The notes beneath the pieces were generated by a model. It saw nothing but the letters and a program-made list of their open reading frames with translations. It was not told where the DNA came from and ran no database searches. Below are positions 32,011-40,089 of a DNA stretch of 64,000 nucleotides, one piece after another; position 1 is the first letter of the stretch; each line of letters starts with the position of its first letter. This DNA is from an uncultured Gammaproteobacteria bacterium (GTDB lineage Bacteria; Pseudomonadota; Gammaproteobacteria; GCA-001735895). Made by a program: the position numbers and the translations under genes. The DNA lies in the NCBI GenBank assembly GCA_964194715.1, contig CAXMNA010000126.1:5570-69569 (forward strand), given 5' to 3'.

Positions 32011-32724
32011 TCAGGAGCGTAGCTGCACGACCTTGGCGGGAGATTCCAGATGCGGCTGCGGGTTGCGAATAATCTCCTCAACCGATTCGGCATCGACCGG
32101 CTTACTCAACAGGTAGCCCTGTATTTCGTCAACCGCATATTCGCCCAACAAGTCTAGTTGCGCTCGCTCTTCGACGCCTTCGGCGACAACTTTCATATCC
32201 ATCGAATGCGCCATCGATATCAGCGTCTGCACGATCTTCTGATCATTTTCATCGGTGCATATGTCCTTGATAAATCCACGATCGATTTTCAGGCTATCGA
32301 TCGGCAAGGTCTTCAAGTAACTTAACGATGAATAACCAGTGCCGAAATCATCGATTGCGATCGAAATGCCGCGTGCGTTGAGCCGTTCAAGCGACTCTAT
32401 TGCCCTTTGCACGTTTTCCATGAGAATGGTTTCGGTGATTTCAATCTCTAACAGCCGCGGTGGAACCTTGCAGTCGTCCAGGTTTTGCAGGATCTTCTGC
32501 ACAATATCTACCTGGACCAACTGCATGCTCGAAAGATTGATTGCGATCTTGCAGTCCTGGATGCCGAGATCGAGCCAGCTGCGTAACTGTTGACAAGCCT
32601 GCCGGATAACCCAGTCGCCGATCTGTCCGATCAATCCACGCTGCTCAGCAAATTCGATAAACTCGTAAGGCGAAATCACGCCACGTTCGGGATGATTCCA
32701 GCGGATCAGCGCTTCCTGACCCAG
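32011..32724 (-). pseudogene. N-terminally truncated EAL-domain gene (remnant or minimal stand-alone EAL)
   Basis: The ORF starts at GTG 32679 inside the motif GVISPYEF. The in-frame upstream codons read LGQEALIRWNHPERG and are preceded by a TAA at 32725..32727. The catalytic EAL Glu therefore lies upstream of any ATG/GTG/TTG start, and the first roughly 40 residues of an EAL domain are missing. The remaining motifs (EITE, DDFGTGYSS, KID, EGVE, QGY) are canonical. Confidence 0.6.
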
Positions 32725-32791
32725 TTAAAGTAATCTCAACCAGTATAGTTTAAATATTTGATTTCGAACGGTATTTGTGATGCTTGCGTTG

Positions 32792-32815
32792 GCTTTGCAA
32801 GATATCTTGCAAAGC
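32792..32815. repeat. Perfect 24-nt palindrome GCTTTGCAAGAT/ATCTTGCAAAGC
   Basis: Read directly from the sequence. The 12+12 nt halves have no spacer. It lies between the fadL terminator and the truncated EAL gene. Confidence 0.9.
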
Positions 32816-32830
32816 GGGCACAGCCAAACA

Positions 32831-32859
32831 AAAAAGCCACCCGGCCAGGTGGCTTTTTG
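32831..32859 (-). terminator. Rho-independent terminator after fadL (bidirectional shape)
   Basis: AAAAAGCCACC-CGGCCA-GGTGGCTTTTT. A 7-bp GC-rich stem is flanked by an A-run and a T-run, about 22 nt beyond the fadL stop. Confidence 0.8.
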
Positions 32860-32880
32860 TTCGGAATCGCGAGGTATCTT

Positions 32881-34338
32881 TTAGTCGATATTCCAGTTCA
32901 GTTGTGCGCTTAAAATATCCACCTCGGCTTCGTATTCACCGGTTAACGTCGCGTTAAGCTCAGGGACCGATTCAACTTCTAATGTATTGTCAATTTTGCT
33001 GTCGTCTACAAACAAATGCGAATAGCCCACATCGATAGTCATCGTATTGTTCAGCGTATAGGTTAAACCGAACGAAAGCCAGGTGCGGTCGTTGCCCGGC
33101 AGACGCGGTGTGCGACGCTCAGCGCTCGGCACCGGGGTTTCATCCAGTGCGATCCCGCTTCGTAGAATGAGTTTATCCGAGTATTGATAATCGAAGCCTA
33201 CCGAATAACGCATCGTATCGTCCCAGTCCTCGGTATAAACGGTATCCGACTGAGCCGAGTTTTCATAAACCACGCGCAGTTCGTCGAACGAACTCCAGCC
33301 GGTCCAGGTTATATCTGCGAGCCAGGTGATCTTGTTGACCTGGTGTGCAACGCTGGCTGAAAAACTGGCCGGTAGCGTAACGTCAACGTCGATGTCGGTA
33401 TCGACAAAGGCGCCACTTGCCCCGACCAGTACCTGCAATGTGGGGTTTATTGGTACGGTGAAATCGCCGTCACCCTCAACCGATATGTCTACTTCGGAGC
33501 GATAGGCGACGCCTATTTTGGTCTGCTGTGAAATCTGGTAAACCAGGCCCAGGTTGAATCCGGTTGCAATATCATCGTAATTATCCGCTTCGAGCTCGAG
33601 CTTGCCGTCAGAATCACCATTTCCAAGATTTGACGGAGTCAACTCCACACCGTCACAGTTGGCTGGACCTAAAGGATTGACACCATAACAGAATGCACCA
33701 AAATCAATTGCGCTACTCAAATTGGCGTCCACCAGCATCAGGCTAAGTCCGGCGCCAACCGATAGCTTGTCATTGACCCGATACGCAATACTGGGATTGA
33801 CATTAACGGCGATAAGTTCGGACAGAAGGGCGTGATAACGACCCACCCATTCGTCATCATAATCAACCGTTAATCCAAATGGAGAATTGACCCCGAGGCC
33901 AAACTTGGTTTTTTCGTTAATTGTTTTTACCCAGTATATATTGGGCACGAAGGCATCTTCACCACCATCGTCATCGTCGCCCGACAGGAAAGCGTCGGGA
34001 TTCACAGTGCCACCTGGTGGTTGCATCGCCGTTACCGAACCGTCGTTATCAAAATCCGCGCTGGGCATGACTAAATGCGCGGCAATGGCGAGTTGGTCTC
34101 GCTCTAGATTCATCATTCCGGCCGGATTAAAAAATATCGTCGACGCGTTATTGGTGCCAACTGCGGCGCCAGCGTAGGCGTTACCCTGCCCGCTGGCGTT
34201 CATCTCGATTAATGCAAACCCGGAGGCATGGGCCATGCCAATACTTCCCAGGGACAGCAGTAAAGCCAGAACGAAACCTTGAAATTCGAACTTATTATTC
34301 CCCATTTGAAGCCTTGGTATATTTAGAGTAAGTTGCAA
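32881..34338 (-). CDS. fadL: Long-chain fatty acid / hydrophobic compound outer-membrane channel (FadL/OmpP1/TodX family)
   Basis: Signal peptide, then ASGFALIEMNASGQGNAYAGAAV, which is typical of the FadL N-terminal hatch. Beta-barrel periodicity and a C-terminal aromatic end. Confidence 0.85.
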   Translation of the reverse strand: MQLTLNIPRLQMGNNKFEFQGFVLALLLSLGSIGMAHASGFALIEMNASGQGNAYAGAAVGTNNASTIFFNPAGMMNLERDQLAIAAHLVMPSADFDNDGSVTAMQPPGGTVNPDAFLSGDDDDGGEDAFVPNIYWVKTINEKTKFGLGVNSPFGLTVDYDDEWVGRYHALLSELIAVNVNPSIAYRVNDKLSVGAGLSLMLVDANLSSAIDFGAFCYGVNPLGPANCDGVELTPSNLGNGDSDGKLELEADNYDDIATGFNLGLVYQISQQTKIGVAYRSEVDISVEGDGDFTVPINPTLQVLVGASGAFVDTDIDVDVTLPASFSASVAHQVNKITWLADITWTGWSSFDELRVVYENSAQSDTVYTEDWDDTMRYSVGFDYQYSDKLILRSGIALDETPVPSAERRTPRLPGNDRTWLSFGLTYTLNNTMTIDVGYSHLFVDDSKIDNTLEVESVPELNATLTGEYEAEVDILSAQLNWNID

Positions 34339-34374
34339 AAGAATAGTCTTAACTCAGGTTAATACAAATTTCTG

Positions 34375-34674
34375 ATGATCGATAATACCTATGTTGCAGA
34401 TAGCAAGATACATGGGAAAGGTCTATTTGTGTCTAGCAGCATTTTGGCGGGCAGCACTATAGGCTGGTTAACGGGAAAGCCGAGCGCAAAAGATGGTAAC
34501 TATGTTCTCTGGATCAGCGAATCCCAGGGGATTGAGGTTATATGTAACTTCAAGTACATCAACCATTCGGATGATCCCAACGCCTGTTTCTACGATGACC
34601 TGAGCGTGGTCGCGTTACGCGATATCAAGCCAGATGAAGAAATAACCCACGATTATAATTGTAACGAGTTGTGA
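34375..34674 (+). CDS. Minimal SET-domain protein (putative protein-lysine methyltransferase)
   Basis: The 99-aa protein contains the three SET signatures: HGKGLFV (GxG), YINHSDDPNA (NHS/C-x-PN) and EEITHDYN (ELxYDY-like). There is no pre- or post-SET Cys region. Confidence 0.75.
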   Translation: MIDNTYVADSKIHGKGLFVSSSILAGSTIGWLTGKPSAKDGNYVLWISESQGIEVICNFKYINHSDDPNACFYDDLSVVALRDIKPDEEITHDYNCNEL

Positions 34675-34733
34675 TTACCTCTGACTTGATGCTATATAAT
34701 GTTTTGCATACAAAATTATACGCGCCATTTTCT

Positions 34734-35360
34734 ATGACCAACGCAACGATTGCCAAATTTAATATGATCGAACAACAAATCCGCCCCTGGGAAGTGCTCG
34801 ATCATCAGGTTTTATCCACGCTAAACCAGGTCAACCGTGAGGATTTTGTCAGGGAGCCCTATAAGGGAGTTGCGTACGCCGATTGTCAGATCCCACTCGG
34901 ACATGGTGTCAACATGTTGCCGCCGACGATTGAAGGTCGAATGCTACAGGCGTTACTGATTAAACCCGAAGATCAGGTACTGGAAATCGGCAGTGGCAGC
35001 GGATATGTCACGACCTGCCTCGCACGCCTTGCACAGCAAGTTACCAGCGTCGATTCGAGCGCCGATATTATCGACTTTGCCAAAACCAACGTCGCCAATT
35101 GCGGACAGGGAAATGTTGAATTTCAACAACTTGGCCTGACGCAGATCGATTTCGCCGCAGCTTACGATGCAATCGCAGTAACCGGCTCATTGAAGAGTGT
35201 TCCGGAAAATTTAAAACTGGCACTTAAACCGGGTGGCAGGATGTTTATTATTATTGGCCAGTCGCCGGTAATGCAGGCCCTGCTGATCACGCGCGGCGGC
35301 GAGTCCGAATGGATGACGCAATCTCTGTTTGAAACCGATTTGCCTCGCCTTAGTGTCTAG
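34734..35360 (+). CDS. Protein-L-isoaspartate O-methyltransferase-family (PCMT-like) methyltransferase
   Basis: SAM motif VLEIGSGSGYVT. The N-terminus MTNATIAKFNMIEQQIRPWEV at ATG 34734 looks like the family start. The longest ORF begins at GTG 34671, overlapping the SET stop (GTGA). Confidence 0.8.
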   Translation: MTNATIAKFNMIEQQIRPWEVLDHQVLSTLNQVNREDFVREPYKGVAYADCQIPLGHGVNMLPPTIEGRMLQALLIKPEDQVLEIGSGSGYVTTCLARLAQQVTSVDSSADIIDFAKTNVANCGQGNVEFQQLGLTQIDFAAAYDAIAVTGSLKSVPENLKLALKPGGRMFIIIGQSPVMQALLITRGGESEWMTQSLFETDLPRLSV

Positions 35361-35371
35361 TTACCCAGTTA

Positions 35372-35686
35372 ATGCGTAGCATGAGCGCAACGCAGCTGGC
35401 AGCGTATCTTCACAATGAGAATCTGTTGTTGCTCGACGTCAGGGAACCCTGGGAATTCGAGATCTGCCATATCGACGGCAGTGTCAATATTCCGATGGGG
35501 CAAATCCCGCAACAGCTGGCACAACTGCAAGCGGCCAATGAGATTGTCGTGATCTGCCATCACGGTATTCGCAGTCAGAATGTAATCCAGTTTCTGCAAC
35601 AACAGTCTGTCGATGCATTAGTTAATCTTGATGGCGGTGTTGATGCCTGGGCCCGCGAGATTGACCTCGACATGCCCGTGTACTAA
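35372..35686 (+). CDS. Single-domain rhodanese (GlpE-like sulfurtransferase)
   Basis: Active-site loop CHHGIRS within a rhodanese fold of about 100 aa. Confidence 0.85.
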   Translation: MRSMSATQLAAYLHNENLLLLDVREPWEFEICHIDGSVNIPMGQIPQQLAQLQAANEIVVICHHGIRSQNVIQFLQQQSVDALVNLDGGVDAWAREIDLDMPVY

Positions 35687-35726
35687 TCAGATACCAGTTT
35701 CTCTATAATCCGGGCAACCCAAAAAC

Positions 35727-37055
35727 ATGAACCCTCGAATGGAAAAACTCTTGTCAAAATTCGCGTTGCTGGTTTTGCTACTATGGTGGCAATCATCACC
35801 GGCAGAGGATCTTGTCACCATCTACGGCTTCGCCTTGGAAAGAGACGCCGAATTGATGATCGCGGAATCCAATTATTTTGCGGCAATCCAGGCGGTGCCA
35901 ATCGCCCGATCTGGTCGTAAACCACAGATCTCTCTCAATGCCAACACTTCGGTGCGTGAATCCGATAACTCGGAAACGGGTGACAATGACAATGAAGCCA
36001 CCGGCTACAGCCTCGACCTGACGCAATCTCTCTATGACACTGAAACCCAGGGCAACATCAATTCCGCCGAAGCCACGAGCGCCGCCGAACTCTCCCGGTT
36101 ACAGGCCACTCGCCAGGCATTAATCCTGCGTGTTGCAGAGACCTATTTCAGTATTCTCGCCGCCGAGGATAACGTCGAGTTTACTTATGCCGAGCGTACG
36201 GCAATAGCGCGGCAGCTCGAGCAGGCGCAGAAACGCTTTGAAGTGGGTCTGATCGCCATCACCGACGTACAGGAAGCTCAGGCTCGATTTGATAACGCCG
36301 AGGCGCAGGTTATTCTGGCCGAAAACATACTCGACAATGCGTTTCAGTCACTTTACGTTATTATCGCTGACGCTTCGATCAAGGCACTGGCACCACTGGG
36401 GGAGAATCTCAAGTTATCGCTACCCAACCCGATCTCAGCCGAATCCTGGGTATTGCTGGCGTTAAGCAATAATCGCGAGCTGATCGCTGCGCAACAAGAT
36501 CTCAATGCCGCTCGTTTCGAGCGCGATAAAAATGCCAGGAGTGGATATCCAACCCTCGATCTGACAGCAAGTTATGCGGATAACGATGTCGATGGTGATG
36601 AAGTAAGAGGTGATTTTCAACAGGAAGATCTGACCCTGGGTATTGAATTACAGGTGCCGCTTTATACCGGGGGGCGCATCAGTGCCGAGCAAGCCCAGGC
36701 AGAATCAACATTACGCGCCGCACAAAACACGCTGCTATTGCAAAGCCGCTTGGCTTCACAACAATCGCGCACCGCTTACCTCGACGTAGTTTCAGGAATT
36801 AGCCAGGTCAAGGCACTCAAACAGGCACTCGAATCGAGTAATGTCGCACTCGAGGCGACCGAGGCCGGGTTTGAAGTCGGCACCCGAACTTCAATCGACG
36901 TATTGATATCGCTGCGCGAAACCTACCGGGCACGACGGGACTATGCGAGTGCGCGCTACCAATACCTTCTCGATAACTTGAGATTGAAACAGGCCGCCGG
37001 GATCCTCGAGGAAGACGACCTGTTTGAAATAAACCGCTGGTTGATCCTGCAATAG
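35727..37055 (+). CDS. tolC: Outer membrane efflux channel TolC
   Basis: Signal peptide and two OEP repeats of about 440 aa in total, with a TolC-type pattern (LYTGG, RTSIDVL). Confidence 0.88.
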   Translation: MNPRMEKLLSKFALLVLLLWWQSSPAEDLVTIYGFALERDAELMIAESNYFAAIQAVPIARSGRKPQISLNANTSVRESDNSETGDNDNEATGYSLDLTQSLYDTETQGNINSAEATSAAELSRLQATRQALILRVAETYFSILAAEDNVEFTYAERTAIARQLEQAQKRFEVGLIAITDVQEAQARFDNAEAQVILAENILDNAFQSLYVIIADASIKALAPLGENLKLSLPNPISAESWVLLALSNNRELIAAQQDLNAARFERDKNARSGYPTLDLTASYADNDVDGDEVRGDFQQEDLTLGIELQVPLYTGGRISAEQAQAESTLRAAQNTLLLQSRLASQQSRTAYLDVVSGISQVKALKQALESSNVALEATEAGFEVGTRTSIDVLISLRETYRARRDYASARYQYLLDNLRLKQAAGILEEDDLFEINRWLILQ

Positions 37056-37058
37056 CCG

Positions 37059-37988
37059 ATGGGCGAAGCAAGCTCCGTACTGTTTAAGGCACGCGATTAT
37101 TATTCCCCGAAGTTTTGGCCGATGTGGTGCATTATCGGCATGTTGCGCCTGGTGTCCTGGCTACCTTTCCGTGTCGAACTTTCGATTGGTCGTGTTGTTG
37201 GCCGCTTTCTTTTCCTGGTTAGCAGATCACGCAAGAAGATAGTCGATACCAATCTCGCGCATTGTTTGCCGCAGAAATCCGAGGACGAGCGCAACCGTAT
37301 TAAACTGGACTGTTACCAAAATATTGGCATTTCGCTAATCGAAATGGCGATGTGCTGGTGGTGGCGAGCCGATAAACTCAAATCAATTGTCGAAATCGAA
37401 GGGCGTGAGCACCTCGACGCGGTTCTGGATAGTGGACGTGGGGCAATCTTGTTGACGGGACATTTCACCAGTCTCGAAATCGGCGCCCGCCTGCTGGCGT
37501 TATTTATGCCGGTACAGGTCATGTATCGCACCCAACGCAATGAATTGTTCGACAGCTATCTCTATACCCGGCGTAGCAGTTATTTCGTAAACACCGTCTC
37601 ACGCAAAAACACCCGCCAGTTAATCAAGGGTATTAAAAACAAGATACCGACCTGGTATGCTCCGGACCAGGATTTCAGGCGTGAGCGCAACGTGTTCGCA
37701 CCTTTCATGGGGGTCACCACCGCAACGATTACTGCAAGCGCTCGACTGGCGCAATCATCAGGGGCCGCCATGCTGCCTTATTACCCCGAGCGTAAACGAG
37801 ACGGGACTGGATATATCCTCCGTATCGATCCCCCACTCGAGAATTTTCCCAGCGAAGATGATTACAAGGATGCGAGTGCGGTCAATCACTCGATCGAGAA
37901 GTATGTGCGACTATTCCCTGAAAATTATATGTGGATACATCAGCGCTTCAAGACTCGCCCCCCCGCTGAGGCACCGTTCTACTCGTGA
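37059..37988 (+). CDS. lpxL: Lipid A biosynthesis lauroyl/late acyltransferase
   Basis: N-terminal anchor, HFTSLE (HX4E-type acyltransferase motif) and YAPDQD, as in the LpxL/HtrB family. Confidence 0.85.
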   Translation: MGEASSVLFKARDYYSPKFWPMWCIIGMLRLVSWLPFRVELSIGRVVGRFLFLVSRSRKKIVDTNLAHCLPQKSEDERNRIKLDCYQNIGISLIEMAMCWWWRADKLKSIVEIEGREHLDAVLDSGRGAILLTGHFTSLEIGARLLALFMPVQVMYRTQRNELFDSYLYTRRSSYFVNTVSRKNTRQLIKGIKNKIPTWYAPDQDFRRERNVFAPFMGVTTATITASARLAQSSGAAMLPYYPERKRDGTGYILRIDPPLENFPSEDDYKDASAVNHSIEKYVRLFPENYMWIHQRFKTRPPAEAPFYS

Positions 37989-37998
37989 GTAGAATAAA

Positions 37999-39225
37999 AT
38001 GACAGTACCTTCACCCGGAATCAAATATCGCCTGTTGTCAATTCCGTTGTATTTATTCTGGATCCTGCACGCACTGAAACATGGCTTCAAACATGGGTTA
38101 CCGCGTTACCTGTCGATGCGAATGTTCGGCTTTGAAGATGACGGCGAAGACAGAATTTGGGTACATGCTTCTTCGGTCGGCGAAGTACGAGCCGTCACCC
38201 CGCTGGTAAAAGCCTTGATGCAGCAGGGCAAAAAAATATTATTCACCTGCTTTACCGCAACCGGCTACCAGGCAATTCAGGGTCTTTTTTCCGATTCGGT
38301 TTGCAGTGGCGTAATTCCGTTTGATCACTGCTGGCACGGTCGACGATTTTTCCAGCAACACAAAATCAAGCTCGGCCTGGTGATGGAAACCGAGCTCTGG
38401 CCCGAGCTGATGTATCAGGCCCGTAAACAGGATGTCACGCTGATACTGGTCAACGCGCGACTATCAAAGAAATCTCTTGATGCGAGCGAATTTATACGCA
38501 ATCTCTTGTCGACAACCCTGGACTACTTTTCGCAAATCCTGACTCGCAACAATAGCGACAGGAATGCCCTGCTACGCATCGGGGCAAATGAAGATCGGAT
38601 AGCGATTGTCGGCAATCTGAAGTCACATATTGAAATTTCTCCTGTGCAATCTGGATTAATCGAACGCGACTACCTTATCCTGGCATCCAGTCACACCGGT
38701 GAGGAACAGCAATTCCTGGAAGCACGCCCCGCTGGGCTCAAGCATTTTCTACTGGTACTAGCACCTCGACACCCGGATCGTAGCGCGGAAATTCAGGCTC
38801 AGATCGAGCGCCTGGGAATGCATTACTCAGTGCGCAGTAAAGCACAATCGATTGACCGAGACACCGAGGTTTACCTCGCTGATACCCTGGGCGAGTTAAA
38901 ATCGTTCATGGCCGGCGCGCGGTTGGTAATTATGGGTGGTTCCTTTGACAAGACTGGCGGTCACAACCTGAACGAGCCCGCAAGCCTCGCTTGCACGATC
39001 ATTACTGGTCCTTCAGACAGCAACATTGCCGCGGATATCAAGATGCTTGGCATTGGTCGCGGCGTGCTGCAGGTCGAGAATATGGCTGCCTGCTGGGATG
39101 CGATCGTCAAGCTTCTAGACCACCCCGAGCAGGCGGAAGCCCTCGGACGAGAGGCGCAATCCCGGCTAGCACAGCAACCAGACATCATTCAACAATACAT
39201 GGCCGCCATCTCCCCGCACCTCTAA
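37999..39225 (+). CDS. waaA: 3-deoxy-D-manno-octulosonic acid (Kdo) transferase
   Basis: WVHASSVGEV and ETELWPE motifs, and a GT30 C-terminal half (GGSF..GGHN..EP). Confidence 0.9.
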   Translation: MTVPSPGIKYRLLSIPLYLFWILHALKHGFKHGLPRYLSMRMFGFEDDGEDRIWVHASSVGEVRAVTPLVKALMQQGKKILFTCFTATGYQAIQGLFSDSVCSGVIPFDHCWHGRRFFQQHKIKLGLVMETELWPELMYQARKQDVTLILVNARLSKKSLDASEFIRNLLSTTLDYFSQILTRNNSDRNALLRIGANEDRIAIVGNLKSHIEISPVQSGLIERDYLILASSHTGEEQQFLEARPAGLKHFLLVLAPRHPDRSAEIQAQIERLGMHYSVRSKAQSIDRDTEVYLADTLGELKSFMAGARLVIMGGSFDKTGGHNLNEPASLACTIITGPSDSNIAADIKMLGIGRGVLQVENMAACWDAIVKLLDHPEQAEALGREAQSRLAQQPDIIQQYMAAISPHL

Positions 39226-39236
39226 TTTCCGCTGAA

Positions 39237-39385
39237 CTGAGAGTGTCTCTAAAAATTAGGATTTTTTTGCGAGTGCAAGGAAGCACCGCGCGCAGAACCG
39301 CAGTTTACATGTGGATAAATGAGGATTCGAGCACGGAGCTGACGCTGCAATCGTGAAAAAAGACAATTTTTAGAGATGCTCTCAG
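39237..39385 (+). repeat. 149-nt imperfect inverted repeat / extended hairpin filling the waaA-kdkA convergent spacer
   Basis: The outer arms 39238..39257 and 39365..39384 pair at 20 of 20 positions on the plus-strand RNA (18 Watson-Crick, 2 G-U). An inner helix joins 39262..39277 with 39346..39361 (13 Watson-Crick pairs, 2 G-U, 1 mismatch). The right arm ends on the kdkA stop codon. Confidence 0.7.
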
Positions 39386-40089
39386 GATTGGTAGCCATCC
39401 ATCAGTGCTTGCCAGTCGTCTTCAACATAATGAAGATGCTGCCTCTGGTTTCTCTTGTAGATCGATCGCTGGAAGCGATAAAGGGGTTGCCATTGCCAGT
39501 CATCGATATGATTCATAACGCGTGCCTGGTCAAAGTCAATCAGGTAAAACTGGTTCTGCGAATCGATCAATATGTTGTCGGCGTTGAGATCGGCGTGACG
39601 AATACCGGCGGCATGCATTCGCTTAACTAGCAATCCCAGGCGATTCCAGGCATCTGGCTCGAGTTTCTCGCGTTCGAGACGCTGCGTCAGCATCTCGGTA
39701 TCCTCCAGGTAGGCAGTGATCAATGCCGCGCGATACCATAGACCGGAGCGACAGGCACAGGCAGCAATCGGCTCCGGTACCGGTAACCGCGCTTTTAGCG
39801 CGCGCTGCAAGATCTTCCATTCACGCCAGGGCCGGGTCAGTGTTTTTCCCAGCCACAGGTATTGATCGCTGAGCAGTTTGCCAACCATACCACCGCGGAG
39901 ATAACGGCGCAGAATCGCTTTCCGACCGTCCACCTCAATCAGACAACTTCCGCCGCGCCCGCCCCTGGTAACCTGGTAATCTGGTTGGTGTTGCCAATAG
40001 CTGGCGGTAAATTGCACACCGCTAAATTCGCGCGTGCTGTCCTGCGATTGCAGGATGAAACATTTCGAGGATTTAAATTCGCGCGTCAT
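39382..40089 (-). CDS. kdkA: 3-deoxy-D-manno-octulosonic acid kinase
   Basis: Kinase motifs HADLNADNILID and LIDFDQARV, as in Kdo kinases. ATG 40089 is preferred because it overlaps mtaB by 17 nt rather than the 83 nt of the ORF-track start. Confidence 0.85.
   Translation of the reverse strand: MTREFKSSKCFILQSQDSTREFSGVQFTASYWQHQPDYQVTRGGRGGSCLIEVDGRKAILRRYLRGGMVGKLLSDQYLWLGKTLTRPWREWKILQRALKARLPVPEPIAACACRSGLWYRAALITAYLEDTEMLTQRLEREKLEPDAWNRLGLLVKRMHAAGIRHADLNADNILIDSQNQFYLIDFDQARVMNHIDDWQWQPLYRFQRSIYKRNQRQHLHYVEDDWQALMDGYQS

Noticed and set aside
34669-34700. A promoter-like TTGTGA ... TATAAT at the SET/PCMT-like junction.
   Set aside because: The spacing between the hexamers is 20 nt, outside the usual 16-19. 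The alternative -10 TATATA at 18 nt lacks the conserved final T.
38991-39356. A 121-aa ORF running from inside waaA through the inverted-repeat element.
   Set aside because: It is out of frame with waaA, Arg/Ala-rich, and crosses a structured non-coding repeat.
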